64,000 nt of DNA from a bacterium (GTDB taxonomy: Bacteria; Chloroflexota; Dormibacteria; Aeolococcales; Bog-877): contig JAJYXT010000036.1 in NCBI GenBank assembly GCA_021801645.1, positions 5,396-69,395 of the forward strand. Reading direction: 5' to 3'. The position numbers and the translations under genes were made by a program. Numbering within the stretch: position 1 is the first letter of the stretch; each line of letters begins with the position of its first letter. Below are positions 22,151-33,877 of the stretch, in pieces. The notes under the pieces are model-generated. The model ran no database searches, was not told the DNA's origin, and saw only the letters and a program-made list of their open reading frames with translations.

Positions 22151-25006
22151 GTGGCTCAGGCGTTCGTTTCGGTGCGGGGTGCGCGCGAGCACAACCTGCG
22201 GGACGTGGACATCGACATACCCCGCGACCGGCTCACCGTCATCACCGGACTGAGCGGGTCCGGGAAGTCGTCGCTGGCCTTCGACACCATCTATGCCGAG
22301 GGGCAGCGCCGCTACGTCGAGTCCCTCTCCGCCTACGCCCGTCAGTTCCTTGGCCAGATGGAGAAGCCCGACGTGGACCACATCGAGGGGCTCTCACCGG
22401 CGATCTCCATCGACCAGAAGGGGGCCGGCCGCAACCCCCGATCCACGGTCGGCACCGTGACCGAGATCTACGACTACCTGCGTCTGCTCTACGCCAGGGT
22501 GGGCCACCCGCATTGCCCCAAGTGCGGCCGGGAGATCGCCCGCCAGACGGTTGACCAGATCGCCGACCAGGTGGTCGAGCTGCCCGAAGGCACCCGCGCG
22601 CTGGTCCTGGCCCCCATGGTGCAGAGCCGCAAGGGGGAGCACCAGGCGGTGGTCGATCAGGCTCGGCGGCTGGGCTACGTGCGCATGCGGGTGGATGGGC
22701 GCATCTACGAGCTCGATGCCATCCCCGCCCTGGACAAGCGCTACAAGCACGACCTGGAGATCGTCGTCGACCGTCTGGCGGTGCGCCGCCAGGACATCTC
22801 GCGCCTGCGGGAGTCCCTGGAACAGGCCACCACCCTCTCCGGGGGAACGGTGCTGGTGGCGCCGGCAGATGCCGGGGCCTTTGAGGAGCTGCTCTTCTCC
22901 GAGCAGTTTGCCTGCGTCTACGACGGGATCTCCATGGAGGAGCCCCAGCCTCGCAATTTCTCCTTCAACAACCCGCACGGGGCCTGCCCCACCTGCACCG
23001 GGCTGGGTGCCAAGCTGGAGGTCGACCCTGAAGCTCTGGTGTCCGACCCGGAACGGTCGATCTCCGAGGGGGCGGTGGCCGGCGGGAGGTGGGGTCCGGC
23101 CCAGCAGTGGATGGAGGAGCTGGTGCTGGCGGTGGCCCGCGAGCATCGGATCCCCGTCGACCGGCCCTGGCGCCGGCTCAGCCGGGCTCAGCAGGACCTC
23201 ATCCTGTATGGCCTTCCCCCGGACCAGCGGGTGGCCATGGAGCTGCGGTCGGCCCGGGGCCGGGTGCACCGCTTCTCGGCCCGCTTCGAGGGGGTGATCC
23301 CCAATCTGGAGCGCCGCTACCGGGAGACGGAGTCCCAGATGGTGAAGGAGTCCATCGAGCGGCTGATGATGCAGCGGCCCTGCCCGGACTGCCACGGCAG
23401 GCGGCTGCGGCCCGAGTTCCTGGCGGTCACCGTGGCCGGGGTGGGGATCATGGACTTCTGCTCCCTTCCGGTCGACCGCGAGCTGGAGATGCTGGACCGG
23501 TGGGAGCTGCCCCCGCGGGAGCTGGAGATCGCCCGGCGGGTCCTCAAGGAGGTGCGTGAGCGGCTCGGCTTCCTGAGCGACGTGGGCCTTCAGTACCTGA
23601 CGCTGGACCGGGCAGCGGCCACCCTCTCCGGGGGCGAGGCCCAGCGGATCCGGCTGGCTACCCAGATCGGCAGCCGGCTCACCGGTGTGCTCTACATTCT
23701 GGACGAGCCCAGCATCGGCCTCCACCAGCGCGACAACGCCAAGCTGCTGGGCACGCTCTTCCGTCTCCGCGACCTGGGCAACACCGTGATCGTGGTGGAG
23801 CACGACGAGGAGACCATCCGGCGGGCCGACTTCGTTGTGGACATGGGTCCGGGGGCGGGTGAGCAGGGTGGGCTGGTGGTGGCGGCGGGCAAGCCGGAAG
23901 AGGTCATGGCGGTGCCCGGCTCGGCCACCGGGCAGTACCTCACCGGGCAGCTGCGGATCGACGTGCCGGGAAGGAGGCCCCCTCGGGGATGGCTGGTGGT
24001 CCGGGGTGCCCGGGCCAACAACCTGAAGTCGGTAGACGCCGCCTTTCCCCTGGGGTGCTTCGTGGGGGTCTCGGGAGTGAGCGGCTCGGGAAAGAGCAGC
24101 CTGGTGAACGACGTCCTCTACCGCAAGCTGGCCCAGCACTTCTTCGGCGCGCGCGAGCGCCCGGGGGACCACGACGGCATCGAAGGGCTGGAGCGGCTGG
24201 ACAAGGTGGTGGACGTCGACCAGGCGCCGATCGGGCGCACACCGAGGAGCAACCCGGCCACCTACACCGGGCTGTTCACCCCGATTCGGGAGCTCTTCGC
24301 GCAGCTCCCGGAGGCCAGGGTCAGGGGCTACAAGCCGGGCCGCTTCTCCTTCAACGTGCGTGGGGGGCGGTGCGAAGCTTGCGAGGGGGATGGCCTGCTC
24401 AAGATCGAGATGCACTTCCTGCCCGACATCTACGTCACCTGCGAGGTCTGCAAGGGCCGGCGCTACAGCCAGGAGGTGCTGGAGGTTCGCTTCCGGGGGC
24501 ACTCCATCGCCGATGTGCTCAGCCTGTCGGTGACCGAGGCGCTGGAGCTCTTCCGCAACCAGCCGGGAATCGCCAGACGGTTGCAGACCCTGAGCGACGT
24601 CGGGCTTGGCTACATCCGCCTCGGCCAGCCGGCCACTCAGCTGAGCGGTGGCGAAGCCCAGCGGGTCAAGCTCGCAACCGAGCTGTCAAGGCGCGGGACG
24701 GGGTCCACCATGTACATCCTCGACGAGCCCACCACGGGGCTCCACTTCGCCGATGTGGGTCGGCTGCTGGGCGTCCTGCAGCGGCTGGTGGACCAGGGCA
24801 ACACCGTGGTGGTGATCGAGCACAACCTGGACGTCTTGAAGTGCGCCGACTGGATCCTCGACCTGGGGCCGGATGGGGGAGATGCGGGGGGGAGACTGGT
24901 GGCGGAGGGTCCGCCGGAGAAGCTGGCCACCGACCCGGCCTCGGTGACCGGGCGGTTCCTGGCCGGGGCGCTCGAGTCGGCCCGGGCGGTCGAGCTGGCG
25001 GTCTGA
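22151..25006 (+). CDS. uvrA: Excinuclease ABC subunit A
   Basis: 951 aa beginning [48 protein letters not shown]. It has zinc-finger CxxC pairs and a second ABC domain, [11 protein letters not shown]. Confidence 0.97.
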   Translation: MAQAFVSVRGAREHNLRDVDIDIPRDRLTVITGLSGSGKSSLAFDTIYAEGQRRYVESLSAYARQFLGQMEKPDVDHIEGLSPAISIDQKGAGRNPRSTVGTVTEIYDYLRLLYARVGHPHCPKCGREIARQTVDQIADQVVELPEGTRALVLAPMVQSRKGEHQAVVDQARRLGYVRMRVDGRIYELDAIPALDKRYKHDLEIVVDRLAVRRQDISRLRESLEQATTLSGGTVLVAPADAGAFEELLFSEQFACVYDGISMEEPQPRNFSFNNPHGACPTCTGLGAKLEVDPEALVSDPERSISEGAVAGGRWGPAQQWMEELVLAVAREHRIPVDRPWRRLSRAQQDLILYGLPPDQRVAMELRSARGRVHRFSARFEGVIPNLERRYRETESQMVKESIERLMMQRPCPDCHGRRLRPEFLAVTVAGVGIMDFCSLPVDRELEMLDRWELPPRELEIARRVLKEVRERLGFLSDVGLQYLTLDRAAATLSGGEAQRIRLATQIGSRLTGVLYILDEPSIGLHQRDNAKLLGTLFRLRDLGNTVIVVEHDEETIRRADFVVDMGPGAGEQGGLVVAAGKPEEVMAVPGSATGQYLTGQLRIDVPGRRPPRGWLVVRGARANNLKSVDAAFPLGCFVGVSGVSGSGKSSLVNDVLYRKLAQHFFGARERPGDHDGIEGLERLDKVVDVDQAPIGRTPRSNPATYTGLFTPIRELFAQLPEARVRGYKPGRFSFNVRGGRCEACEGDGLLKIEMHFLPDIYVTCEVCKGRRYSQEVLEVRFRGHSIADVLSLSVTEALELFRNQPGIARRLQTLSDVGLGYIRLGQPATQLSGGEAQRVKLATELSRRGTGSTMYILDEPTTGLHFADVGRLLGVLQRLVDQGNTVVVIEHNLDVLKCADWILDLGPDGGDAGGRLVAEGPPEKLATDPASVTGRFLAGALESARAVELAV

Positions 25007-25092
25007 CGGTGGCCGGGCCGGTGGGGGAGGGGCCGCAGCGGGCTCCGGCCACCTTCCGGGGGTGGCAGCGAGGAGCCTGCATAGGCGGGGTC

Positions 25093-25161
25093 ATGATCCT
25101 GGCGCTGCTCACGGTGCTGCTGCTGGTGGGTGTCGTCCTCCAGCTGCTGGGAGTGCGCTGA
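25093..25161 (+). CDS. Candidate 22-aa hydrophobic micro-protein (MILALLTVLLLVGVVLQLLGVR)
   Basis: ATG..TGA in the uvrA-uvrC spacer. 19 of the 21 codons after the ATG end in G/C, matching local coding bias. The stop lies 10 nt before the uvrC ATG. No homology evidence is available. Confidence 0.25.
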   Translation: MILALLTVLLLVGVVLQLLGVR

Positions 25162-25171
25162 CGTTCCGGCC

Positions 25172-27067
25172 ATGACAGTGCCATCCAGCCCTCCTAGCCG
25201 ACTGGTGGAGCGCCCCGAGCTCCTGCGTGCGCGACTGAGGGCGGTGCCGGCGCAGCCGGGCGTCTATCTGTTCCGGGGCCCCGATGGGTCGGTTGCCTAC
25301 GTCGGCAAGTCATCCAGCCTGCGGTCGCGGCTGCGCAGCTACTTCACCGCACCCCAGGCCCACCCGGCGCGAATCCGCCAGCTGGTGGAGTCGGCGGTGG
25401 ACTTCGAGGTGGTCGCCACAGGGACTGAGCAGGAGGCTCTGGTCCTGGAGAACACCCTGATCAAGCGCCACCACCCGCGCTTCAACGTGCGCCTCCGCGA
25501 CGACAAGAACTACCTGTACGTGCGAGTGCCGCTGCCGCAGCTGGCGGAGGGCGGCAGCGCGGATGCCGCCCGGCGGCAGGCCGCCTTCCCCCGTCCCGAG
25601 CTGACGCGGCGCCTTCGGACCGATGGTGCCCGCTATTTCGGTCCCTACACCGATGCTGGCTCGCTGCGCCGGTCGCTGCGCGAGCTGCGGACGGTGGCCC
25701 CGTTCCGCGCCTGCTCCGACGCCGTCTTTCGCAGGGGCCGGGTCTGCCTGGACTTCCATCTGGGGATCTGCGCCGGTCCCTGCGAGAACCGGATCTCCGC
25801 GGAGGGACACGCTCGGCTGCTGGACCAGGCGGCCGACTTCCTGGCTGGTCGCACCGAGGAGGTGCGCCGCGAGCTGCAGGAGTCCATGCGAGAGGCAAGC
25901 GCCGATCTGGACTTCGAGCGCGCCGCTTCGCTGCGGGATCGCCTGCGGGCGGTCGACCGCCTCACCGCCGAGCAGGCCCGAGTTCCTCGGACAGGAGGGA
26001 CGGTGGACGTGGTGGGGCTGGCAATGGGCAAGGGGATCGGGATGGCCGCAGTCCTGCCGGTCCGTGAGGGACGGGTCCAGGGGGCGGAGCGCCACCCGTT
26101 GATGGGGCTCGGGGAGGTCGAGCCGCAGGAGATTCTCTCCAGCTTCCTCTCACAGCACTACGCCTCGGCCCCCTCGGTTCCCGCGCGGGTGGCCATCCCC
26201 TGGGAGGTTGCCGACCGGCAGCTCCTGGAGGAGTACCTCACCGCCCGGAGGGGAGCGGCGGTGAGGATGGTGGTGCCCCAGCGAGGGAACCTGCTGCACG
26301 CGGTGCGGCTGGCCGAGCAGACGGCGCAGGCCGCTCTCGAACAGGCGCGGCTGCGCGATGACTTCGACGCGGGGCGGGCGGCTCAGGTGCTGGAGGCATT
26401 GCGAAGTCTCCTGGGGCTGGACTTCCCGCCGCGGAGGATCGAGTGCTACGACATCAGCAACACCATGGGGGAGCAGAGTGTCGGTTCGATGGTGGTCTTC
26501 GAGGATGCCCGGCCGAAGCCGTCCGACTACCGGATCTTCGCCATTCGGGAGGTGGAGGGCCCCAACGACTTCGCCAGCATGGAGGAGGTGATCCGGCGCC
26601 GCTTCCGGCATCTCGCCCAGCCCGCCGACGACAGCCTGGGCACCAGGCCGGACCTGGTCATCGTCGATGGCGGAGAGGGCCAGCTGGCGGCGGCGGACCG
26701 CGCCCTGCGCGAGCTGGATCTGGGGGACATTCCCCACTTCGGTCTGGCCAAGCGATTCGAGGAGCTGCATCGGGTCGGCGGCGGCCCGCCCCTGCACCTT
26801 CCCCAGGGCGGCGAGCCGCTCTTCCTGGTCCAGCGAGTGCGGGACGAGGCTCACCGCTTCGCCATCACCCGCCACCGGCAGCGGCGGCAGCGGGCGGGGA
26901 TGCGCAGCCGCCTGGACGAGGTGACCGGGCTGGGGCCGAAGCGCAAGCGAGCCCTCCTGGCGCACTTCGGCTCGGTCAGCGGCATTCGCGAGGCGACCCT
27001 GGAGCAGCTGGTGGCCGTGCCGGGGATCACCCGCCCGGTGGCGGCGGCCCTCAAGGAGCTTCTCTGA
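25172..27067 (+). CDS. uvrC: Excinuclease ABC subunit C
   Basis: ATG at 25172. GIY-YIG motif PGVYLFRGPDGSVAYVGKS, a UVR domain, and a C-terminal HhH (VPGITRPVAAALKELL). Confidence 0.95.
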   Translation: MTVPSSPPSRLVERPELLRARLRAVPAQPGVYLFRGPDGSVAYVGKSSSLRSRLRSYFTAPQAHPARIRQLVESAVDFEVVATGTEQEALVLENTLIKRHHPRFNVRLRDDKNYLYVRVPLPQLAEGGSADAARRQAAFPRPELTRRLRTDGARYFGPYTDAGSLRRSLRELRTVAPFRACSDAVFRRGRVCLDFHLGICAGPCENRISAEGHARLLDQAADFLAGRTEEVRRELQESMREASADLDFERAASLRDRLRAVDRLTAEQARVPRTGGTVDVVGLAMGKGIGMAAVLPVREGRVQGAERHPLMGLGEVEPQEILSSFLSQHYASAPSVPARVAIPWEVADRQLLEEYLTARRGAAVRMVVPQRGNLLHAVRLAEQTAQAALEQARLRDDFDAGRAAQVLEALRSLLGLDFPPRRIECYDISNTMGEQSVGSMVVFEDARPKPSDYRIFAIREVEGPNDFASMEEVIRRRFRHLAQPADDSLGTRPDLVIVDGGEGQLAAADRALRELDLGDIPHFGLAKRFEELHRVGGGPPLHLPQGGEPLFLVQRVRDEAHRFAITRHRQRRQRAGMRSRLDEVTGLGPKRKRALLAHFGSVSGIREATLEQLVAVPGITRPVAAALKELL

Positions 27068-27795
27068 TGGCGGTGCTGGTCTACGGCCCCCCGGGGTCCG
27101 GTGCGGAGCTGGTGGCGGCCGGGCTTACCCACCTCGGGGCTCCGGCCCTGGCCTGGGACGGCAGTTCGGCTCAGCCAGACCCGGAGCCGGGCCTGGAGGG
27201 CTCCGGCACCCCCCAACTGCTGCGCACCGTGGCCTCGCTGGAGGCCTGCCTCGCCCGGTGGCCCGAGGGCAGCCGAGCCAGTGCCGAGAGCTGGGCGACG
27301 GCACGTGAGCGGCAGCGGCACCTGATCACCGCCACCAGGGTGGTTCTGGACACAACGCACCGGGACCGGCGCGCGGTCTCCAGGGCGCTGGCGGCGCTGC
27401 CGGGGTCATGGCTGAGCCCGAGCTCCGATCCGGTCGTGGTGGCCGAGTCCTTCTCCTTCATCCGTGGGGTTCCCCTGGACCTGGACTGCTGCCTGGATGC
27501 GCGGCCGATCTCGAACCCTTACTGGGTGGAGGAGCTGCGGCCGTTTCCTGGGACCGACCCCCGGGTGAGCTCCTTTGTCCTCGAGCAGGAGGCGGCCCGC
27601 CGGTTGCTGGACGTGGCGGAGCAGATGGTCGAGTCTCAGCTCCGCCCCGAGGGACGCTCGCGGCCGCTGATACGGCTGGCGGTGGGCTGCACCGGGGGGC
27701 GGCATCGGTCGGTAGCCATCGCGGAGGAGCTCAGCCGGCGCCTGACTCAGCGGGGTGTACGCGCGGTGGTCTGGCACCGCGATCTGGAGGTCTGA
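27067..27795 (+). CDS. rapZ: RapZ/YvcJ-family protein with degenerate N-terminal P-loop
   Basis: The ATG overlaps the uvrC TGA (TGATG). The C-terminal region matches RapZ: RPISNPYWVEELRPFPGTD and RLAVGCTGGRHRSVAIAEEL. The N-terminus is VLVYGPPGSGAE in place of GxSGxGK[ST]. The protein is only 242 aa. Confidence 0.75.
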   Translation: MAVLVYGPPGSGAELVAAGLTHLGAPALAWDGSSAQPDPEPGLEGSGTPQLLRTVASLEACLARWPEGSRASAESWATARERQRHLITATRVVLDTTHRDRRAVSRALAALPGSWLSPSSDPVVVAESFSFIRGVPLDLDCCLDARPISNPYWVEELRPFPGTDPRVSSFVLEQEAARRLLDVAEQMVESQLRPEGRSRPLIRLAVGCTGGRHRSVAIAEELSRRLTQRGVRAVVWHRDLEV

Positions 27796-27917
27796 GGCCG
27801 GCATCGGGTGGGGCGGCCGCCCACGGTGGAATCCTGCATCCGGGGTCGGGTGGTGACACCCTGTAGCCCGCGGGGGCATTGCTGCCAGACTTCCAGTTGA
27901 AGCTGGGGCCCGGATAG

Positions 27918-28985
<1,068 letters not shown>

Positions 28986-28987
28986 CC

Positions 28988-30184
28988 GTGAAGGCCGGAC
29001 TGGACGACCTCGATCCGGAGGGAAGGCGGGTACTGGTCCGGGTGGACTTCAACGTCCCGCTCCTGGAGGACGGCGGGATCCGCGACGACGCGCGAATCCG
29101 GGCCTGTCTGCCCACGATTCAGGAGCTGCGCTCAAGATCGGCCAGGGTGATTCTGGCCACCCACCTGGGCCGTCCGAAGGGCAAGCCGGTGGAATCGCTC
29201 TCCACCAGGCCGCTGGCGACCCGTCTCTCCGAGCTCCTGGGAGTGATGGTGGACTGGTGTCCGGAGTGCGTGGGGCCGGTGGCGCAGGCGGCGGCCCACG
29301 GGCTGGCCGATGGCGGTGTCCTGCTGCTGGAGAACCTCCGGTTTCACCCGGAGGAGGAGGCCAACGACCCGGGGTTCGCGGCCCAGCTGGCCGCTCTGGC
29401 CGATCTCTATGTCAATGACGCGTTTGGCACCGCCCATCGGGCCCACGCCTCCACCGAGGGGGTGGCACATCTCCTGCCCGCCTACGCCGGGCGGCTCATG
29501 GAGCGGGAGCTGGCGGCGCTGTCGGCGATCCTGGAGTCTCCCGCCCGGCCCCTGGTGGCCGTCATGGGCGGCAGCAAGCTGAGCACCAAGCTGGGGGTGA
29601 TCGACCACCTCCTGCCCAGGGTGCAGCAGTTGCTCCTCGGCGGGGGGATGGCGGCCACGTTCTTGGTCGCCGAGGGGGTCCCGGTGGGCCGGTCCCTGGT
29701 GGAGCCGGACTTCGTCGGGAGGGCGGCTGAGATCCTGCAACGGGCGCCATCCGTGGGCGCCGAGGTGTACCTGCCCACGGACGTGGTGGTGGCGGCCAGC
29801 CCCGAGTCCACCGCCGACGAGGCGCGATCCTGCCCGGTCGGGGAGGTGGGCGACGAGGAGATGATCCTGGACGTGGGTCCCGCCACGGCCCAGCGCTGGT
29901 CGGAGCTGGCGCGGCGCGCGGGGACGGTGGTGTGGAACGGCCCGCTCGGCGTCTACGAGAATCCGGCCTTTGCGGGTGCCACCCGCCAGGTGGCGACCGC
30001 CATCGGTGAGAGCTCGGCGGTGAGCGTGACCGGTGGCGGTGACCTCCAGGCGGCGCTGGAGTCGCTCGGGCTGGTCTCCAAGTTCACCCACGTCAGCACC
30101 GGCGGGGGCGCCACCCTGGAGTTCCTCGAGGGGCGGGAGCTGCCGGGCGTGGTGGCGCTGCGCGAACGGGTGGCCGTGCCATGA
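28988..30184 (+). CDS. pgk: Phosphoglycerate kinase
   Basis: 398 aa with RVLVRVDFNVPL and AHRAHASTEG. GTG start 2 nt after the gap stop. Confidence 0.96.
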   Translation: MKAGLDDLDPEGRRVLVRVDFNVPLLEDGGIRDDARIRACLPTIQELRSRSARVILATHLGRPKGKPVESLSTRPLATRLSELLGVMVDWCPECVGPVAQAAAHGLADGGVLLLENLRFHPEEEANDPGFAAQLAALADLYVNDAFGTAHRAHASTEGVAHLLPAYAGRLMERELAALSAILESPARPLVAVMGGSKLSTKLGVIDHLLPRVQQLLLGGGMAATFLVAEGVPVGRSLVEPDFVGRAAEILQRAPSVGAEVYLPTDVVVAASPESTADEARSCPVGEVGDEEMILDVGPATAQRWSELARRAGTVVWNGPLGVYENPAFAGATRQVATAIGESSAVSVTGGGDLQAALESLGLVSKFTHVSTGGGATLEFLEGRELPGVVALRERVAVP

Positions 30185-30948
30185 CCCTTGGTCCATGGCG
30201 GGATGCGCCACTGATAGCAGGGAACTGGAAGATGCACAAGACACCGTCGGAGGCCCGGGAGCTGGTCCAGTCGCTCCTGGGGCGGCTGGCGGCCGAGCCC
30301 GCGTCCGAGGTGCTCCTTCTGCCCCCCTTCACCGCTCTGGAGGCTGTCGTGGGGGAGCTGGCCGGAGACCCGCGTGTCCGCGTGGGCGCGCAGAACTGCC
30401 ACTACGAGGCGGCGGGGGCGTTCACCGGGGAGATCGCTGCCCCGATGCTGGCGCCGCTCTGCGACTACGTCCTGGTGGGACACAGTGAGCGCCGCCACCT
30501 GATGGGGGAGTCTGACGAGGTGGTGCGGAGAAAGCTAGATGCCGTGCTGGCGGCGGGGCTGCTCCCCATTCTTGCCGTGGGCGAGACCCAGGCCGAGAGG
30601 GCGGCCGGGGTGACGGAGGAGGTGGTCGAGCGACAGACTCGGGCCGGTCTCGTGGGGCTCGCCCTCGACGAGGTCGCCAAGTGCACTGTTGCCTACGAGC
30701 CGGTGTGGGCCATCGGGACCGGAGCGACCGCCACACCCGATGATGCGGCTTCCGCCGCCGCGGTGGTCCACCGGGTGGTGGCGGAGCTCTCCAGGGGGGA
30801 GGCGGTGGTGCGCGTCCTGTACGGTGGGAGCGTGACCCCCAGCAACGCCGAATCCCTCATGGGCGCCCCTGGGGTGCGCGGAGCACTGGTCGGAGGCGCC
30901 AGCTTGCGGGCCGAGGAGTTCGCCGCCATCGTCGCGGCGGCCGGTTGA
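30181..30948 (+). CDS. tpiA: Triose-phosphate isomerase
   Basis: IAGNWKMHKT, VGHSERR and AYEPVWAIGTG. 4-nt overlap with pgk. Confidence 0.96.
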   Translation: MTLGPWRDAPLIAGNWKMHKTPSEARELVQSLLGRLAAEPASEVLLLPPFTALEAVVGELAGDPRVRVGAQNCHYEAAGAFTGEIAAPMLAPLCDYVLVGHSERRHLMGESDEVVRRKLDAVLAAGLLPILAVGETQAERAAGVTEEVVERQTRAGLVGLALDEVAKCTVAYEPVWAIGTGATATPDDAASAAAVVHRVVAELSRGEAVVRVLYGGSVTPSNAESLMGAPGVRGALVGGASLRAEEFAAIVAAAG

Positions 30949-32474
30949 TGGTTCAACGGGCGGTTCTCTGCATCCTGGATGGATACGGCTGCCGCGCTGA
31001 GGTGAGCGGCAACGCCATCGCCCAGGCCCACACCCCCAACTTCGACGCCCTGTGGGGGGGAAGTGCCCATGCGGAGCTGGCCGCCAGCGGGCTGGCGGTG
31101 GGGCTCCCGGACGGCCAGCAGGGCAACTCGGAGGTGGGCCATCTCACCATCGGCTCGGGCCGGGTGGTTCTCCAGGACCTGACCCGGATCGACGCTGCCA
31201 TATCCGACGGCTCCTTCTTCCAGAACGAGGTTCTCCGAGCCGCGCTGGAGCGCAGCCGCCGGTCCCGGCTGCACCTGGTGGGGCTGGTCTCGCCCGGTGG
31301 GGTGCATAGCCACCAGGACCACCTGGTGGCCCTCGCCGAGATGGCCGCGCGGATGGGCGTCGAGGACATCGCGGTGCACGCGGTGACCGATGGCCGGGAC
31401 ACTCCCACCGATGCCGGAGCCGGGTATCTGGAGGAGGTCGGCCAGCGGTTGGCCGCCGTGTCCCCCGCCCGCTTCGTGTCGATTTCGGGGCGCTACTACG
31501 CGATGGACCGGGACCGCCGCTGGGAGCGGGTTCAGCCGGCGTTCCTCACCATCCTGGGCCGTCCGGAGCGGACCGCCAGCGACGCCGCGGCCTACGCGCG
31601 CGCCTCCTACGCTGAGGGGGTCTACGACGAGTTCCTGCTCCCTGCCGCCATCACCCAGGATGGGGCCGAGCCGGTGGGAGTCCGGCCCGGCGACGTCGTG
31701 GTCCACTTCAATTTCCGGCCCGACCGGGCCCGTGAGCTCTCCCACGCCATGGTGGATGTCCACTTCGACGCGTTCGATCGGGGGCCCTGGAGCGCCCCCG
31801 TCGACCTGGTCACCTTCACCTCCTACGACGAGTCCCTGAAGGTGCCGGTGGTCTTCCCCAAGCCCGAGGTGCGCCACACCCTGGCGGAGGTGGTGGCCGA
31901 CGCTGGGCTGGCGCAGTTCCATGTGGCCGAGACCGAGAAGTACGCCCACGTCACCTACTTCATCAACGGTGGTCGCGAGGAGCCGTTCCCCAGGGAGCGC
32001 CGGCTCCTGGTCCCCTCCTCCAAGGTGGCGACCTACGACCTTAAGCCGGAGATGAGCGCGGCGGGCATCACGGATGCCGCTGTGGCCGAGCTGGAGCGGC
32101 GGGAGAGCAGCCTTGTGGTGATGAACTACGCCAACGCCGACATGGTGGGCCACACCGGGGACCTGGCCGCCACCATCCGGGCGGTGGAGTTCCTGGACAG
32201 CTGCCTGGGCCGCCTTGCCGAGTCGGCGGAGGCCAACGGTTATCGGCTCCTGGTGACCGCCGACCATGGCAACGCCGAATACATGGTGGACGACAGGACC
32301 GGGGCCGCGGTCACCTCGCACACCACCAACCCCGTGCCGGTCATTCTGACCTCGGAATCGGGGCGGCTGCGGGCCGGCGGCGGCCTGCGCGACGTGGCCC
32401 CGACGATACTCTCGGTTATGGGCCTTCCCGTGCCGGACGAGATGACCGGCGAAGATCTGCGCCGGGTTCAGTGA
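30945..32474 (+). CDS. gpmI: 2,3-bisphosphoglycerate-independent phosphoglycerate mutase
   Basis: 509 aa with LCILDGYG, GNSEVGHLTIGSGR and ADHGNAE. 4-nt overlap with tpiA. Confidence 0.95.
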   Translation: MMVQRAVLCILDGYGCRAEVSGNAIAQAHTPNFDALWGGSAHAELAASGLAVGLPDGQQGNSEVGHLTIGSGRVVLQDLTRIDAAISDGSFFQNEVLRAALERSRRSRLHLVGLVSPGGVHSHQDHLVALAEMAARMGVEDIAVHAVTDGRDTPTDAGAGYLEEVGQRLAAVSPARFVSISGRYYAMDRDRRWERVQPAFLTILGRPERTASDAAAYARASYAEGVYDEFLLPAAITQDGAEPVGVRPGDVVVHFNFRPDRARELSHAMVDVHFDAFDRGPWSAPVDLVTFTSYDESLKVPVVFPKPEVRHTLAEVVADAGLAQFHVAETEKYAHVTYFINGGREEPFPRERRLLVPSSKVATYDLKPEMSAAGITDAAVAELERRESSLVVMNYANADMVGHTGDLAATIRAVEFLDSCLGRLAESAEANGYRLLVTADHGNAEYMVDDRTGAAVTSHTTNPVPVILTSESGRLRAGGGLRDVAPTILSVMGLPVPDEMTGEDLRRVQ

Positions 32475-33877
32475 CCCCAACCTCCCGGGTCCGCCGGCGC
32501 GGGCTGCACGGAGCAGACCAGGACCTCCCCATAGCCCCGGGCTCCTTGCCCCTGGTAGCGCTGGTGGGGCGGCCGAACGTGGGCAAGTCCACCCTCTTCA
32601 ACCGGCTCACCGGCCAGCGGCGGGCGATCGTCTCTCCTCAACCTGGCCTCACCCGGGACCGTATCTATGGGCGGGTTGAGTGGGGTGGGAGGACCTTCAG
32701 CCTGGTCGACACGGCCGGCCTGGACAGGGTGGTGCGGGACGGTCCGGAGCTCGATCTGCCCGCTAACACTCAGGCCCAGGCTCAGGCCGCCATCGAGCAG
32801 GCGGACGTGATCTGCCTGCTCATCGACCAGCGGGAGGGGATCACCGCCGCCGACCTGGAGGTGGTGGACCAGCTTCGGCGTGCTCCCCAACCAGTCCTGC
32901 TGGTCGCGAACAAGAGCGAGGGAAGGTCGGACTCACTGGAGCTGAATGATCTGTACCGGCTGGGGCTGGGCGACCCGGTCCCGGTGAGCGCCATCTCCGG
33001 AGTGGGCACCGGGGATCTGCTCGATCTGCTCCTCGCCCGGCTACCCCCCGGTGGCGGGGAGGAGGAGCAACAAGGTGACGTCGTGCGCTGCGCCATAGTG
33101 GGCCGCCCCAACGTCGGCAAGTCCTCCATCCTCAACTCCCTCCTTGGGCAGGACCGATCCCTGGTCAGCGCGGTGTCGGGCACCACCCGGGATCCGGTGG
33201 ACACCTGGCTGGAGACCGAGGAAGGCCCGCTACTGCTGGTGGACACGGCGGGAATCCGCCGCCCGGGGGTGACCAAGGATGTGGAGTTCTACAGCCTGGT
33301 GCGCGCCCTCAGGGCGGTGGAGCGGGCTGATGTCGCCATGGTGGTGGTGGATGCCCAGAAGCCTTTTTTGGCCCAGGACCGGCACATCGCCGGCCAGGCG
33401 CGAGAGGCCGGAGCCGCCACCCTGGTGGTGCTGAACAAGTGGGACCTCTTGGACCACGACGAGCGCTCCGACCGGGCGCTCCTGCGGGAGCTCCGCGCGG
33501 CCTACGACTTCGCTCCGGGCACCCCGTTTCTCTATGTCAGCGCGCTCACCGGCCGGGGGCTGCAGCGCGTGGTGCCGGCGATCTTCAGCCTGGCCCGGGC
33601 CAGGGGCGCCAGGATTCCCACCCCGGAGCTGAACGGTGCCTTCGGGGAGATGATGGAGCGGAGGCCGCCCCCGAGCGGGAAGTCCGGGCGCCGGCTGCGG
33701 CTGTACTACGCCACCCAGGCCAGAAGCCAGGTGCCCACCTTCGTCATGTTCGTCAACGATCCGGAGCTTCTGCACTTCAGCTACTCGCGGTACCTGGAGA
33801 ATCAGCTGCGGCAGCGCTTCGGGTTCGCCGGGGTCCCAATCCGGATCTTGACGCGGAAGTCCAGCGGATCGGGGTAA
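32471..33877 (+). CDS. der: Ribosome-associated GTPase Der/EngA
   Basis: Two G domains (GRPNVGKSTLFNRL and GRPNVGKSSILNSL; NKSE/NKWD) plus a KH-like C-terminus. The GTG overlaps the gpmI stop (GTGA). Confidence 0.93.
   Translation: MTPTSRVRRRGLHGADQDLPIAPGSLPLVALVGRPNVGKSTLFNRLTGQRRAIVSPQPGLTRDRIYGRVEWGGRTFSLVDTAGLDRVVRDGPELDLPANTQAQAQAAIEQADVICLLIDQREGITAADLEVVDQLRRAPQPVLLVANKSEGRSDSLELNDLYRLGLGDPVPVSAISGVGTGDLLDLLLARLPPGGGEEEQQGDVVRCAIVGRPNVGKSSILNSLLGQDRSLVSAVSGTTRDPVDTWLETEEGPLLLVDTAGIRRPGVTKDVEFYSLVRALRAVERADVAMVVVDAQKPFLAQDRHIAGQAREAGAATLVVLNKWDLLDHDERSDRALLRELRAAYDFAPGTPFLYVSALTGRGLQRVVPAIFSLARARGARIPTPELNGAFGEMMERRPPPSGKSGRRLRLYYATQARSQVPTFVMFVNDPELLHFSYSRYLENQLRQRFGFAGVPIRILTRKSSGSG

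Noticed and set aside
26443-27066. Upstream 208 aa of ORF 26443..27795 (also 12867..13091, 42138..42602, 59117..59269 and 62582..62734)
   Set aside because: These in-frame extensions lie inside the preceding, well-supported genes in another frame. The real starts coincide with stop/start overlaps or SD sequences.
30693-32480. 595-aa minus-strand ORF
   Set aside because: It is antisense to gpmI and tpiA, both of which have unambiguous catalytic motifs. It is a shadow ORF.
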